Position numbers and translations under genes: made by a program
The notes under the pieces: generated by a model
The model's database searches: none
Told to the model about the DNA's origin: nothing
The model's input: the letters and a program-made list of their open reading frames with translations, nothing else
In this document: in pieces, positions 40,373 through 55,506 of the stretch
Position numbering within the stretch: position 1 is the first letter of the stretch
How the letters are laid out: the number at the start of each line of letters is the position of its first letter
Assembly (NCBI GenBank): GCA_951406725.2
Contig: OX597821.1
Coordinates: 94,736,001 to 94,800,000, forward strand
DNA from: Octopus vulgaris
Lineage: Eukaryota
Direction of reading: 5' to 3'
DNA: 64,000 nt

Positions 40373-43055
40373 GACAATAATGCTTATTTCTACATACTGG
40401 AAAGTATCAATAAATAATAAATTAGATTACTGCCTTCCACTATATTTAACATGGTACTGACTTAGCTATTATTTGTTTGTACAGATGAGGTTTCTAGGTA
40501 GCTTCCTCCAGTCACTATGACCTTGGTGTTATTGTATTTCAATATTCTGTCCAATTATTACTCTGGTAAATAAGGAGAAATCTACGCTCTGCTGAAGAGG
40601 CTCCATAAAACCGAAATAGGTTTGGAGTTGTTGCCCATGCTCGCAAGCATTAAATTAAAATATCAGTCCTCGAGCTAACGCTTTCTTCGCCATACAGCAT
40701 TAATTATTATTAATTATTCAATTAGATTTTTTAAGTATAATGACACTAATTTGACTCGAAGAAGAGGATTTTGGCGATTCAGTCAGAACCGTTCGTCAGA
40801 GACAGAGGAAAATGTATGGCAGTACATAAATATGAAGTCCAGTGTAGAGCTGCAGATTAGAGAGAGACAATGTAGATAATGAACAACAGTAGGGGAGGAG
40901 ATTCTGCTCTTTCATTTTCATAGAATAGGGGTAATTTTCTATCCAACAACGAGAAATCCAAATGAATGGAATATTCTTCTTTTTTTTTCTGGTGGTGTGT
41001 TGATGAGTCAAGCATCAAATTATTCAACTGTAATCTGTGCAATCCACCAAGCTGTATGTAGGAGCCATTGCTTAATCACCTACAAGTCAGACATGGCTTA
41101 CAGCTCTCTTAGTTCTGTACTGTCTTTTAACTTCAGTTTAACCCTGATTGAGCAGACCTATGTTAAAATGTGTTCAGCCATGACCACCGTAAATTTTTCT
41201 GATAGATATAATGTATTTAAAAGTACATTAAATAATATATTTTCCTTTTCAACGATAGTAATGTAGAGATAGACAAACCACGGTCCGAAATGCAACCCGT
41301 AGAGATTCTTGCGATTTTTTACACTATTCTTTTGAGTGAAGATCCCGCTTAATGAGACCACAATTAGATTTCGATATGTTGAACACGAAAATGAAATAAA
41401 AAAAAGAAGTGTGGTAATTTGCTCTGTTCAGTCTAGAGCTATGAGTCGAGTGAACCTCTGAGGATGTTGAAATCGGATGTTTCAGCATCCGTCAGAAACT
41501 TCGTATTAAGAAGGTCTCTCTCCTCTTTGAACTATTAGGAATTGTCATGACATAAGAACGACTAACTACTGTTCATTATTGTCCCAAATTCAAGGGCTTT
41601 TATAAAAAATTTCAAAACAAAAAGAAAATTGATAGAAGTCCTCTAAATAAAAATTGAAATTATATATGGTGAACCGATTTTCTTTAAAACATTCTTTATT
41701 AATTACACAACTGTTTTTATCTTTTTATTATAGTTTTTCATGATTTAGTATACATTTCTTCCATTTTGTTTAAAATAGTAAAAATTCAAAATCCGGCCTC
41801 AAATATATACAAACCTTCATGGCTGCATTTTCTTATTGGTGTGTGTTGCTACTGTTTATAGTAGACTGTGCCAATCTCATAAATGCTGAAATTACCATCG
41901 GAATTTGAGTATTTTCAGCGTTTGATACAACACACCATCAAAGAGTGTTTTATTTCTTGTTTGTGATTAGAGCATGGTGTGTATGAATTTATTCTTGTAT
42001 TGCGCATTGCTATGAGTATTGCATTCATTATGTATCACCTTATTAGAAATTTTGTATAGGATAGTTGCATTCTTTACTATTGTTTTTCCCACAAAATCAA
42101 ATAACAAAAAAAAACTCATGTCTCGTAATGCCAACACCAGTCACATTGGACTTTCTTACAATAAGCCGAAGTAAACACGTACTAATACTGCTTCCGACAC
42201 AAATAATTATTATATATACACATTCACGCACACGAGGATACCATAATTTTCCCATTTCAGGTTCTATCAAAATTTGTGTTATTCTCTACACCTACGATGT
42301 TGTGTCTTTATTACATAATATACATGTTTACGGCATCATTCATTTCCCAACAGAAACAGCTGTAAAGAAAAAGACTTTTACATCACACCATTTATCTATT
42401 TGCATCTAACAACTTACTTTCCATGTTAATGCACTCATCGCGCCTATTTTTGTTTATCTGATGCGTGTTTGTGCGTGTGTGTAAACGTGCGCATGTGTAT
42501 CAGGTTTGAAATTACAGAAAAGTATTCTTAGTTGTTGACAAACATTACTTTCTCCTTGAACGTATTTTTTTGTACATTCGAACTCTTCAGCGGAAGTGCA
42601 TTATCCTCCTTCCTCAATGAAGTATGGAAGAGCGAACGCGAAGGCAAACATAGAAACGTGTTAAATACAGACGTAAAATACAGAAAACTTATACATTGGG
42701 AGTGTATCAAATTTTAGTTAGAATTTTAATTTTGTTTTGAATGGGTTTGTCGCGAAGGAAGAGCAACCCTATGGTCCTTTTCGGGGCTTCTTCCTTAAAT
42801 GAGTAACGAAATTGCGCAATAGGTTTGCTACACACGCCAGCCTACCGAACATAGAGCGTAAACGCACCCAATATCGTTTCTGTAAGACGGTAGTAATGAT
42901 ATGGAATGAAACTGGGTGTGTATATGATGCTTAAAATATGTTTCCAATAGGTATGTATACACTCATACATATTTGTGCACCTACACACAATCCCGCCAAC
43001 ATACACGTACAGGCACATATATACACATATACTCAAGGACACACACACACACACA

Positions 43056-43117
<62 letters not shown>

Positions 43118-43140
43118 TGATGATAATAATAATAATAATG

Positions 43141-43198
<58 letters not shown>

Positions 43199-43221
43199 TG
43201 ATGATAATAATAATAATAATG

Positions 43222-43285
<64 letters not shown>

Positions 43286-43305
43286 TAATAATAATAATAA
43301 TAATG

Positions 43306-43360
<55 letters not shown>

Positions 43361-43416
43361 TGATGATAATAATAATAATAATGATAATAATAATAATAAT
43401 AATAATAATGATGATG

Positions 43417-43476
<60 letters not shown>

Positions 43477-43485
43477 TTAATAATA

Positions 43486-43555
<70 letters not shown>

Positions 43556-43575
43556 CAACAATAACAACAACAATA
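43056..43575. repeat. (AAT)n/(GAT) microsatellite, ~500 bp
   Basis: Directly visible. Confidence 0.97.
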
Positions 43576-44012
43576 AAATTATCATTATTGTTGTTATTAT
43601 TACTGTTGCTGTTTTCAATATTATCTAATATAATATAAATTCGGTGAATCAAAGCATATATCTCACAATAAAGTTTTTAATATAGATATATATACATACA
43701 TGCTTGGATTTTTTTTTATTCACAGACCTTCGATATTAATTTTAAGTCGTATTATTGTATCACTATATTTGTTTTGTTTCTTTTTACAAGAAACTTGATG
43801 TGTGTAGATGAGAGCCTGTGCGTGTGTATGTATAATTTTGTATGTATGTGCTTTCCTCTGCGTGTGTGTGCATGTGTGTGTGTGAGAATACACAGAGAAA
43901 AACTTATATACGCATATATAATGATGTAACTACAAAGGAGTAACTTAGAAAATGAAAAGGAAATATACAATACTAAACATAGGGTGAAATATTTTATTAG
44001 CTGCAAGATATG

Positions 44013-44044
<32 letters not shown>

Positions 44045-44078
44045 TATATACACGTATATACATATATATATATATACG

Positions 44079-44109
<31 letters not shown>

Positions 44110-44726
44110 CATGCATATATAAACGTATATATATATACACGTATATACATATATACGTATATATATGCATGATATATATATATATATTATATAACTAATA
44201 TATATATGCACACACACACACACACATAATATATATACAGAAAGAGGGATAGATAGATAGATACATACATACATACATACATACATATGTTTGCATGTTT
44301 GCGTATACGTTTGTGTTAGTTTATATCTAGTTTGTATATGCGTGCCTGTGTGTGTGTGTGTGTGTGTGTACACGTGTGTGCGTGCAAGTGTGCATGTGCA
44401 GGAATGCACGCGTGTGTACGTGTATGTGTATATGCATATGTGTGCGTGTGTCTGTGTGTGGTGGGTGGGTGGGTGTTGAGTACAACCTACATAAACACAC
44501 TCCAGTGTTGTGTTGCTCAGTTTTCCTCCCTCGATGAAACTGAAGCCGGTGTTTGTAAATTAATTTACATTTTTCCCTCTTTCTGTTTTTTTATCTTTTG
44601 TTCAGCTGTGAAGATATTTTGTCACCCATCATTCGCAGGGTGGAATAGATATCTCGTGTACGCACCACTCTCTGCTGACAAGCCACCACAGCCCAAAAGG
44701 CAAGTGCCAACAGTAACGATACGACT

Positions 44727-45470
<744 letters not shown>

Positions 45471-46577
45471 TCAATATTGAAACAAATTCTGTTGCTTCTA
45501 CGACAAACTAATTTTCTTGGGAAAATAAACTAATTTTCTTGGAAAAAGAATTATAGTGGTTTACCAAATCAGATAAACAACAACAACAACGACAACAACG
45601 AAGGCAACAACAACAACAACAACGAAAACTACAGCACTGAAGACAATTACAACAGAAACAATAAAGACAGCAAAAACAATAATAATAATAATGTTAACAT
45701 GATCCTTTACAAGAATTAGCGGTATAACCAGAAAACAAACAACAACAACAACAACAAAAATGACAACAACAGTAGTTAAGGCAATTATAACGATAATGGT
45801 AAGAATAACAACAAAACAATAATGATATTACTAACACGATCCTTTACAGGAATCGCCGCCATTACTCAGAACACAAATAACAAATAGCGGCAACCTTCAC
45901 GCGAGCCATCACCATGACGACCCACAACAACAATATAGGCAATATACATCAGCAACAACAGAACCAATTACAACAACAACAACAGCAGCGACAACAACAA
46001 CAACAACAAAAACAAGAAGCATTTCCAAAAGAATAATATGGAATTCGGTTTAATACGAAAACAAGAGATTTGTTTACCAAATTTTAAGATGACATTTTAA
46101 GAAGAATGTTGTTAATATAAATTGAAAAAAAAAAGAGAACAAGGAAAAAATGCTAAACGAAATTCTGTTTTGGAATATTTACGTCGGAAAAATAACCATC
46201 AAACTTTGGAATTTTTAATGAATAGGGAGTGTATACGATCGATTCCAGCTGACAGCGTCAATTAGAAAATAATTTCCTCCCCCTTCACTACCGTTTTTCT
46301 TTTCATTTTGTTTTGAAATGTTTTCTTTGGGATAATTAGAGTCTTGGAGGCCTTAGAATCTTTCATGAAATTTTCGTTAAGTCTTATTATTTGACAATGG
46401 TGGTGACGGCGGTTGTAAGGAGGCGACGGTGATGGTGGTAGTGGTGGTGGTTGTAGTGATGGTTTTAGTAACATATAATGGAAGAAAGGGCAGGAGGGAT
46501 GGCGTTGGTTGTTGTGTTGGTAGGGGAGAGGTGAATGTGATGATGGTTGTGACGATAGCAGAAAGGTCTGATCTGGG

Positions 46578-46715
46578 TAATTGTTAAAGAGGAGAACAAA
46601 CGTTAAGGCCAGGCAAACATTTCAAGTTATATACATTTTTTCCAATAATAATAATCTTGCGTATGACTTTAGATGTTTGCCTTACCTTAACGTTTGTTGT
46701 CCTCTTTAACAATTA
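46578..46715. repeat. Foldback/MITE-like inverted repeat
   Basis: TAATTGTTAAAGAGGA..AAACGTTAAGG..GGCAAACAT is mirrored on the right arm. Confidence 0.8.
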
Positions 46716-46895
46716 TATATCGCTATGCCCCAGCATGGCCACAGCTCATGAGCTGAAACTAGAATCAATCAATCAATCATATCGGAAATTTGCAATGACT
46801 CCGTAGCTACCGTCTCGGAGCCCTAGTAATCTGTTATAGCACTTACCTAGCGTATCTAATCATTTACATCACCTATGAACTAAACACCCATATTT

Positions 46896-46951
<56 letters not shown>

Positions 46952-46965
46952 TATATTATATTATA

Positions 46966-47020
<55 letters not shown>

Positions 47021-47064
47021 TATATACATATATGTTATATTATATTATATTATACTATATTATG

Positions 47065-47437
47065 AACAAAATCAAAACCAATGCAAAACGAGTATCTCAA
47101 GTCATTTAGAATAATTTAATTAGGGTAAAGTGATTTTGAAGTCTTACAGCTGTTTCGGGTTAACCTAAGTGATTGGTTAGCATATCCGTGCACTGGGTAA
47201 TCTGCCATCAGAGAAAAGTGTGAATATTTTAGAAGGGGAAAATTTACAATTTACAAGGAATAAAATAAAAGAATTTTACTATTTTACTTTTATTCTTCTA
47301 TTTTAGTCTTTATAAACTATGAATTTTATTCCTTGTAAACTACTTGGTTAATAGTGTTAATGACTTCAAATTCACCTAACCCTAATTAGATTATTTTAAA
47401 TGATTTGAGATACTCGTTCCGCCTTGGTTTTGGTTTT
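47065..47437. mobile_element. Penelope-like remnant: ~80-bp inverted arms enclosing a hammerhead-like motif
   Basis: 47065-47143 is inverted at ~47362-47437; minus strand CTGATGG...CGAAACAGCTGTA at 47211-47145. Confidence 0.55.
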
Positions 47438-47663
47438 ACCTCTTATATAATATATACATGCTATAACGCAACCCTAACAAGGATCCCTAGATCCAGCCTT
47501 TAGCTGTGATCTTGGAACCTAATGGTCGACCAGCTATAGCACTTAGCCAGCATACCTATTCGTTTAGATCACAAGTGAACTAAACCCTTCATATTCTGTA
47601 TATATGTATATATAAATATATGTATATATAAATATATGTATATATAAATATATGTATATATAG

Positions 47664-47844
47664 TGTTGTGTCTGGGGAGAGTCATTCTCTTTTAGTGCCT
47701 TATAATTTAACACACTCACTGGTAACAATTCCACTTCCTTTTTATTTTTTCTAGAAAAATAAAAATGAAATAAGTGGAAATTTTACCGGTGAGTATGGTA
47801 AATTATAAGGCACTAAAAGAGAATGACTCTCCCCAGACACAACA
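47664..47844. repeat. Foldback element centred on CTAG
   Basis: TGTTGTGTCTGGGGAGAGTCATTCTCTTTTAGTGCCTTATAATTTA has a perfect inverted copy. Confidence 0.88.
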
Positions 47845-48550
47845 GAGTATGCTCCAACACACGAACTCACATAAAGAATCTTGCAAACCAAATCCCAAAA
47901 CGAAATATATATATATATACTTACAAACATTCATACACACACAGTTATTTATACAGCCGTACACACATACATATTCAAATAGCTCAATGATACTCCCATA
48001 TATACACATATGCATACGTACACACATACGTAAAAATATACTTACATTCATTCACTCATGCGTACATATATACATATGTACACACATACATACAAACAAG
48101 AATATAGATACATACAGACGTACATATATACATGTATATATACTTATATGCAATCATATACATACATGATTTATTTATACAAACATACACATATACATAC
48201 TCACATAGCTCACTGGTAATTCAATATGTAATTTCCTTCATAAATAAGTCAGTTTTAATTAAAGTTCAATGTTAATTGTTGTCTTAGTTAAAGGAAACCT
48301 TATGAGTGTATATCTGCACCGATAATTCTCTGTGTGTATGTATGTATGTATGTATGTATGTGCATGCGCGCCTGCATGCCTACGTATGCGTATGTGTATA
48401 CCCTTGTGTGTGTATGTATGCGCAGATGTATATGTCTGCATGTAAACGTACCTATACACGCATATATAGATATGTATGTATATCTATATTATATGTATGC
48501 GTGAGCGCGATGTACGTGTATGTGCTTGTGTGTGTGCTTGTGTGTGTGTC

Positions 48551-48599
<49 letters not shown>

Positions 48600-48843
48600 G
48601 TTTAATGGATACATATGGATATATATGATAGTTTAATGGATACACATACATATATATATATATATATATATGCTTATATAAACATATACATACATACTTA
48701 TATACCTCTATGTATGTGCGTATGTATGTATGTATGTATGTATCTATCTATCTTTCTATTTTCCTGTCTCTCTTCCGCTCTCTCTCTCTCTACATATGTT
48801 TGTGTATGTGTATGCATGCAAGTATATATATATAAATAAATAA

Positions 48844-48881
<38 letters not shown>

Positions 48882-49462
48882 ATAAATATATACATATATG
48901 TATGAATGCATGCATATATGTTTGTATGTATGTATATAAATTTTATATGTGGTTTTATTAGCAGAGTGATAAGAGCATCGGAGAAAATACCTCTCAGAAA
49001 TTGAGCATTCGTTCAGACTCTCCGCGTTCTGATTTCAAATCCTGTCTAAACCAACTTACATCCTCAAGGAGTCGATAACATATTGTATTAGTCTAAAACA
49101 GTGGATTGCTAGAATCTTAACACACCGAACAAAATGAATTGCAATTCTTATTACATATCCATGCGCAGTGCGTCCAAATCTCATTTCCTCTCACGGTTTT
49201 CTTTGAGTACTGGCAGAAAACGGTAGGGATAGTCTCAGGAAATATTTAAGCAAATGGCCTAGTATTTCAGATGAATACTTCCAATGCCAGGGCACTTGCT
49301 GGCAGGAGAGAATGTAAAACTTTCAGATCCTGTGCACTAAACGAGCGAGGTACATACATATTATATACACACACCTACATACACATACATACGTGTGTAT
49401 GTATGTTTACAGAGATAATGAGACAGAAATAGATATATTAAATATCTATATGCGAATACTGA

Positions 49463-49534
<72 letters not shown>

Positions 49535-49927
49535 TCATACACATACGCTCATATATATGTATCGTCAAGGAAGGTTGTGTTTTTGCAAACCAGCAGACTT
49601 AGTCAAAAGTAAACAAATAAATAAATAAATAACTAAAAAGAAAGGAAAAAACAACTTCACATGCTTCATCAACTGGAATTAAAGGAAGGACGACCTGAAT
49701 TTTTCCAGATTGAATATACTCGTGATAAGAAATTCACGTCGTATCAAAATTTGGCCGACCTTCAAAAGTGTACCGTTCATCCGTAGGAATCTGTCATACT
49801 CTTTGGTACACTGCGGTGTAATACGCTCTGTAATACTCTACTACAAGCTACAATGTAATACTGCAGACTACAGTAACAAACATGGTGACAACAGTATCGA
49901 GAGCGATCGATGTATTTTGTTGATTTT

Positions 49928-50660
49928 TAGGAGATTCGTTACGCCAATATTATTAACACACGCACTGGTTTAATTCCATTCCTTTATCATTAATGAATTG
50001 GATAAGTATCCAACTAACAAATCGATTGTTTGTTTAACTTGATTAAACTGTAAGTCATTTGTTTTGTTTTTGTTTGTCAAAGCACTTACGTTGCTACTTG
50101 CAACCTCTTCAATGACTTTTGACTTAGTCATTTGACCAACTGTTTAATCAAATTAAACAAACAATCGATTTGTTACTTGGATACTTAACCAAATAGTGGA
50201 GGCGCAATGGCCCAGTGGTTAGAGCAGCGGACTCGCGGTCATAGAATCGCGGTTTCGATTCCCAGACCGGGCGTTGTGAGTGTTTATTGAGCGAAAACAC
50301 CTAAAGCTCCACGAGGCTCCGGCAGGGGATGGTGGTGATCCCTGCTATACTCTTTCACCACAACTTTCTCTCACTCTTACTTCCTGTTTCTGTTGTACCT
50401 GTATTTCAAAGGGCCGGCCTTGTCACTCTCTGTGTCACGCTGAATATCCCCGAGAACTGCGTTAAGAGTACACGTGTCTGTGGAGTGCTCAGCCACTTAC
50501 ACGTTAATTTCACGAGCAGGCTGTTCCGTTGATTCGGATCAACCGGAACCCTCGTCGTCGTAACCGACGGAGTGCTTCCACTTAACCAAATGACTAATAA
50601 TAAAGGAGTGGGATTAAACCAGTGCATGTGTTAATAATATTGGCATAATGACTCTTCCTA
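49928..50660. mobile_element. Long-TIR foldback element interrupted by SINE C
   Basis: Left arm 49928-50050 is mirrored by 50140-50194 plus 50592-50660. Confidence 0.8.
50195..50579 (+). mobile_element. SINE family C, full length, with 12-bp TSD
   Basis: ACTTAACCAAAT at 50183-50194 and 50580-50591. Confidence 0.92.
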
Positions 50661-51742
50661 GGCATAGCAAAATTTGTTCCAATGTACGAATTCGCATAAA
50701 AAATCTTGCAAACCAGATACAAATACCAAAATGCATCCGGAAACGCATTCTGGGACAGGAGTTTATGAGTGTGCTCGATACATTAAGGATAACAGCTAAT
50801 TATAGAGAGATATATATTATGTAAAGAAACTGAATATAAAATTAAAACAATTCGAGGACCATGCATTTTGTTCTGGTCCTGCGACTGCAGATGGTGTCTT
50901 TCTCATGTTTTTTTTACAGATTTCCTATAAGGAAGTGAAAACGTTAAAATATTTTGTAGTTGTGTGACTTCGTATTAATACCAATGGGAGCATAGGTAGC
51001 TTGAAAAGCATATGTCAGTTCATAGGAGTGCTACAAGATATCTTTAGTGTTTTACACATCTGGCCTAAAGTGGGAATTTTTCACCACGGCAAACTATATT
51101 TAAAATATTCTTTTTACCGGTCAAATATATCTCAGACGTATTGGAACCTATCGAAAATTTTGTTGAAATTGAATATATTTTTTTCTGAAACAGGTCGTAT
51201 TCTTGCAAACTAGCGGTGTTATTAAAATATATTGCATCGAGCTTCACAGATCAGTTTTAAATTAAACATTTAATACTGTTAGAACTATCATTTATAAATT
51301 ATATCTAAAAATTCAAAACAAGACTGAATAATTTATCTAATTGCCTTCAGAACACTGATTATGGAAATCGGAATTGCAGATTTTGTGAAGTCTGTATTTT
51401 AGTGACTAAATATATAATTGTGAAGCTACGTATCTACGTGGAGAGATGGAGCTGGATGGGTAACGTTTGACGAGAATCCTTGTAGAAATCGTCCAAACCA
51501 ATCTTTTTTTCACAAAGTAATGACTAAGAAGAGATTTGTTTACATTTGTTGTGAAGGTTCGATTACGCATCTCATTAACAATTAAAAAGTTTCATTGTCT
51601 GCACAAGGTGTACTTCATAGTACATTTTGCATACTCCAAATAAACTTCTTATTGAACCTATATTTAGTACTATACGTTGCATTCACTAGTACACAGATAA
51701 TACAAAGGAAATAATCATTTCTTTATGATATTTGGCAGGATT

Positions 51743-52140
51743 AAGGCGGCGAGCTGGCAGAATTGTTAGCACGCCATGCGAAATGCTTACAGGTATTTCG
51801 TCTGCCGTTACGTTCGGAGTTCAAATTCCGCCGAGGTCGACTTTGCCTTTCGTCTTTTCGTGGTCGATTAAATAAGTACCAGTTACGCACTAGGGTCGAT
51901 ATAATCGACTTAATCCGTTTGTCTGTCCTTGTTTGTCCCTTCTGTGTTTAGCCCCTTGTGGGTAGTAAAGAAATAGGTATTTCGTCTGTCTTTACGTTCT
52001 GAGTTCAAATTCCGCCGAGGTCGACTTTGTCTTTCATCCTTTCGGGCTCGATAGATTAAGTACCAGTTGCGTACTGTGGTCGATCTAATCGATCGGCCCC
52101 CTCCCCAAAATTTCGGGCCTTGTACCTACAGTAGAAAATA
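51743..52140 (+). mobile_element. SINE family B dimer
   Basis: Full unit joined at AAAGAAATA|GGTATT (51976) to a headless unit with an alternative tail. Confidence 0.9.
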
Positions 52141-52549
52141 ATATTTGGTGGAATTAGAAGCTAAAATTTACCAAATACTATGAAGAAATGAACGTCTCCC
52201 TTGTATTTAGCAATACAGTTATCAGTAAAGATATGATAAAATTCAGTCTTGTTTCAAAACATAGAAGGTAATTTGACGGAGATCTGGCCGTTATTTCTAC
52301 CAGATCGAGTAACTACGCAGAGATTCCATCATTGACTCAAACCGAAATTGTTTTTACTCAGAGCATGTCGGCGTTATTTACAGAAGTATGATGTAACCAA
52401 TGTCATATTGGAAATTCACAATGGGCCATGGATACAGAACAAGTATCAGCAACGGGATTCGAACTATTCAATTGTAGTCCCTCTTTTCCAGCATACTATG
52501 GACTCGGCCAATTGCAATTCTCAGTATATTGTAACGAACGAAAACGACA

Positions 52550-52998
52550 ACAACGGCGACGATGATGAGGACGATGATGATGATGATGTTGATGAATATG
52601 ACGATGAGGAAGAGGAGGAGGAGGAAGAGGAGGACGACGACACAACCACCATGAGGATGGTGATGGTGAGACGACGACGGAGAAAGAAAGGTGTTGATGG
52701 TGTTGTTGGTAGTGGTGGTGGTGGTGGTGATGGTGGTGGTGGTGGTGGTGGTGGTACTGGTGGTGGTGGTTGTGGTGGTGGTGGTGATGGTGGTGGTGGT
52801 GGTGGTGGTACTGGTACTGGTGCTGGTGGTTGTGGTGGTGCTGGTGGTGGTGCTGGTGATGGCGGTGGTGGTGGTGGTGGTGGTGGTGGTACTGGTGGTG
52901 GTGGTTGTGGTGGTGGTGTGTGGTGGTGGTGGTGGTGGTGGTACTGGTGCTGGTGGTTGTGGTGGTGCTGGTGGTGGTGCTGGTGATGGCGGTGGTGG

Positions 52999-53029
<31 letters not shown>

Positions 53030-53100
53030 GATGGTGATGGCGGTGGTGGTGGTGGTGGTGGTTGTTGTCGTGGTGGTGGTGGTCGTCGTGGTCGTGGTGG
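52550..53100. repeat. (GAT)(GAG)(GGT)n compound microsatellite
   Basis: Directly visible. Confidence 0.95.
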
Positions 53101-53398
53101 AAATCACGATGCTGAGGATGCTGATGACGACAACGACAATGAACTGTGATACAGCATAGAATTACTTCAAAAGCACTGCGCGAATAATAAGATTGTTTGC
53201 TGCGTATCTTTTCATAAAACTCGTGAATTGCCTGTAAAAACCTGACCAAACCAGACCAGACTAGACCAGACATATTTATTCACTGAATAACTGGCTTCCA
53301 CGTCAACGTACCTGTTCCTCATCTTACACAACAACAAGGTATACGTTTTCATATGCATGTATGTACGTATGTATGTATGAATTTATGTATACACATCA

Positions 53399-53429
<31 letters not shown>

Positions 53430-53635
53430 CACATGTGTGTGTATGTGTGTCTATGAACACATATATGTATATCTATGTGTATGGATGTATTTGTGTGCCG
53501 GTTTATGTAGGAAGAGAAAAGTATGCGTATACATATATATATATATATGAGTGGCTGTGTGTGAATATACATTCGTACGTAGGAAAGAATACGTAAATAT
53601 ATATGTATGCATATATCTACGCATGTACAAATGGT

Positions 53636-53749
<114 letters not shown>

Positions 53750-53934
53750 GTTAATAAAAAAACGGAGAAAAAAGACAAGGGAAAACAACAACGCGAGGAC
53801 GTGGTGCATGTGTGTGTGCGTGAAACCAAGGGTATGAGTCATGTTCAGATCGACTTTGAGCAAAAATATTGTAGATCGGTTACCATAAAATCGTAAACAA
53901 GTTGATATAAATGTGTCAAAGTACCGGTCATGTA

Positions 53935-54149
53935 CTAGGGGTGATGAGAAATTCTTGACTTTGTGCAGAAGAAAATACAGGAGGATCAGTTAATTATGAT
54001 TTTATTCAGCATATTCCGCCCTCAGACTCACACACTTATCACAGCATTCCTTCAGTTTTTTAAGCCCTATAAAAGAACTCGAAAATTTGCACCTGCAATT
54101 AGGCCTTTAGCGATACCCTTAATGGCAGGAGCTTTTCAGCACACTCTCA
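53935..54149 (-). mobile_element. mariner-derived non-autonomous element
   Basis: Degenerate TIRs; minus strand KKLKECCDKCVSLRAEYAE* resembles the mariner C-terminus (RW.KCV...G.YVE). Confidence 0.75.
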
Positions 54150-54226
54150 CACATGGCTCGATTACCAATTAATCTTCTTCCATAAAGAAAACAAAAAACA
54201 CTGCTGGCTTTCAGACTAAGAAGCAG

Positions 54227-54288
<62 letters not shown>

Positions 54289-54290
<2 letters not shown>

Positions 54291-54470
54291 TAATCCAAAC
54301 ATGAAAACACAAAGAGAAAACACAACAACGCGAGGACGTGGAACAAATATAGTATTATTGGACGCTCAGGAAGGAAGAGAGGAAGGAGGGTTTAAAGTTT
54401 CGAGCGGAGCTCTTCGTCGGAAACATAGGAGAAGGAAAGATCCAGTACACACGCGGTCACATTTTGAATG
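54289..54470 (-). mobile_element. Penelope-like LTR-type repeat with hammerhead-like motif
   Basis: Same family as 33907-34090; abuts (TA)n. Confidence 0.65.
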
Positions 54471-55285
54471 ACCGGAAGGAAATGGGTGGAGAAAAGTTCT
54501 TAGTGTCTCCTTTCGAAATATTGGTTTAAATTAAATTTTTCTACTTTTATTGATGAGTGGGCTGTGAATGGAGCGGCAAATTCTAAAGTGTATTGAAAAT
54601 TGAATTATAAAATAAGGCACGTATTGCTTTCTGGAAAACATTGACTATTGGCTGTCCGAAACTATTTTCATTTGTGCATTTTTTCTACTATTTTACGTTG
54701 TGAGTGGTGTTTCATGTAGTGTGGCCCATTCAAAACCTTAAAACATTACACCCTCATATTTGAAAATGTGTCGTATTTTGGCAATCCTAGTCATCCATAC
54801 TTATCACACAGATACAGCAATTATACATTACGCCAGTGCATCTACACTTCACACGTGGTATAACGAAGTCTTTACTGGTGTGTCAAAGGCAGAACGATTT
54901 GCTAAACATGATTTTATTGCTACTTCATTTGTTGCCCCAAGGAAATCATTTAATTTCACTTCTTGTTTCGTCACTAAGAACGAAATTTTGGACTAAATAT
55001 CAGTATATGTCACACACATGCACTCACGTGCACACACACGCACGTGCACACACACGCACGTGCACACACACGCACGTGCACACACACGCACACACACTCA
55101 CACACATACACACACATGCATATATATATATATATATATATATGTACTGAGAGAAATGTAGGTATATGCAAGACAAATGCTCCTCTCTTGCTTATTGTAT
55201 TTCTTCTTGTTTTTCCTTGTTTTTGCTCATTTATCATATTTAGTTTTAGCGTTTAAGTGGGCTTGTTCTCGTATTTTTTCATTGA

Positions 55286-55335
<50 letters not shown>

Positions 55336-55389
55336 TCTTTACTCTCTTTATATATATATATATATATATCTTTTACTCTCTTTTACTCT

Positions 55390-55426
<37 letters not shown>

Positions 55427-55444
55427 TACACACACACACATATA

Positions 55445-55506
<62 letters not shown>

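Noticed and set aside
40796-40851. Minus-strand acceptor-like site followed by short frames
   Set aside because: All frames stop within ~25 codons, with no donor site or recognisable homology
51420-51560. piggyBac-like peptide scraps (WRDGAG; FFHKVMTKKRF)
   Set aside because: Too degenerate to call
52348-52986. 212-aa ORF with a unique-looking N-terminus
   Set aside because: Mostly GGT/GAT repeats; the first ~65 codons match nothing I recognise and lack a convincing donor site
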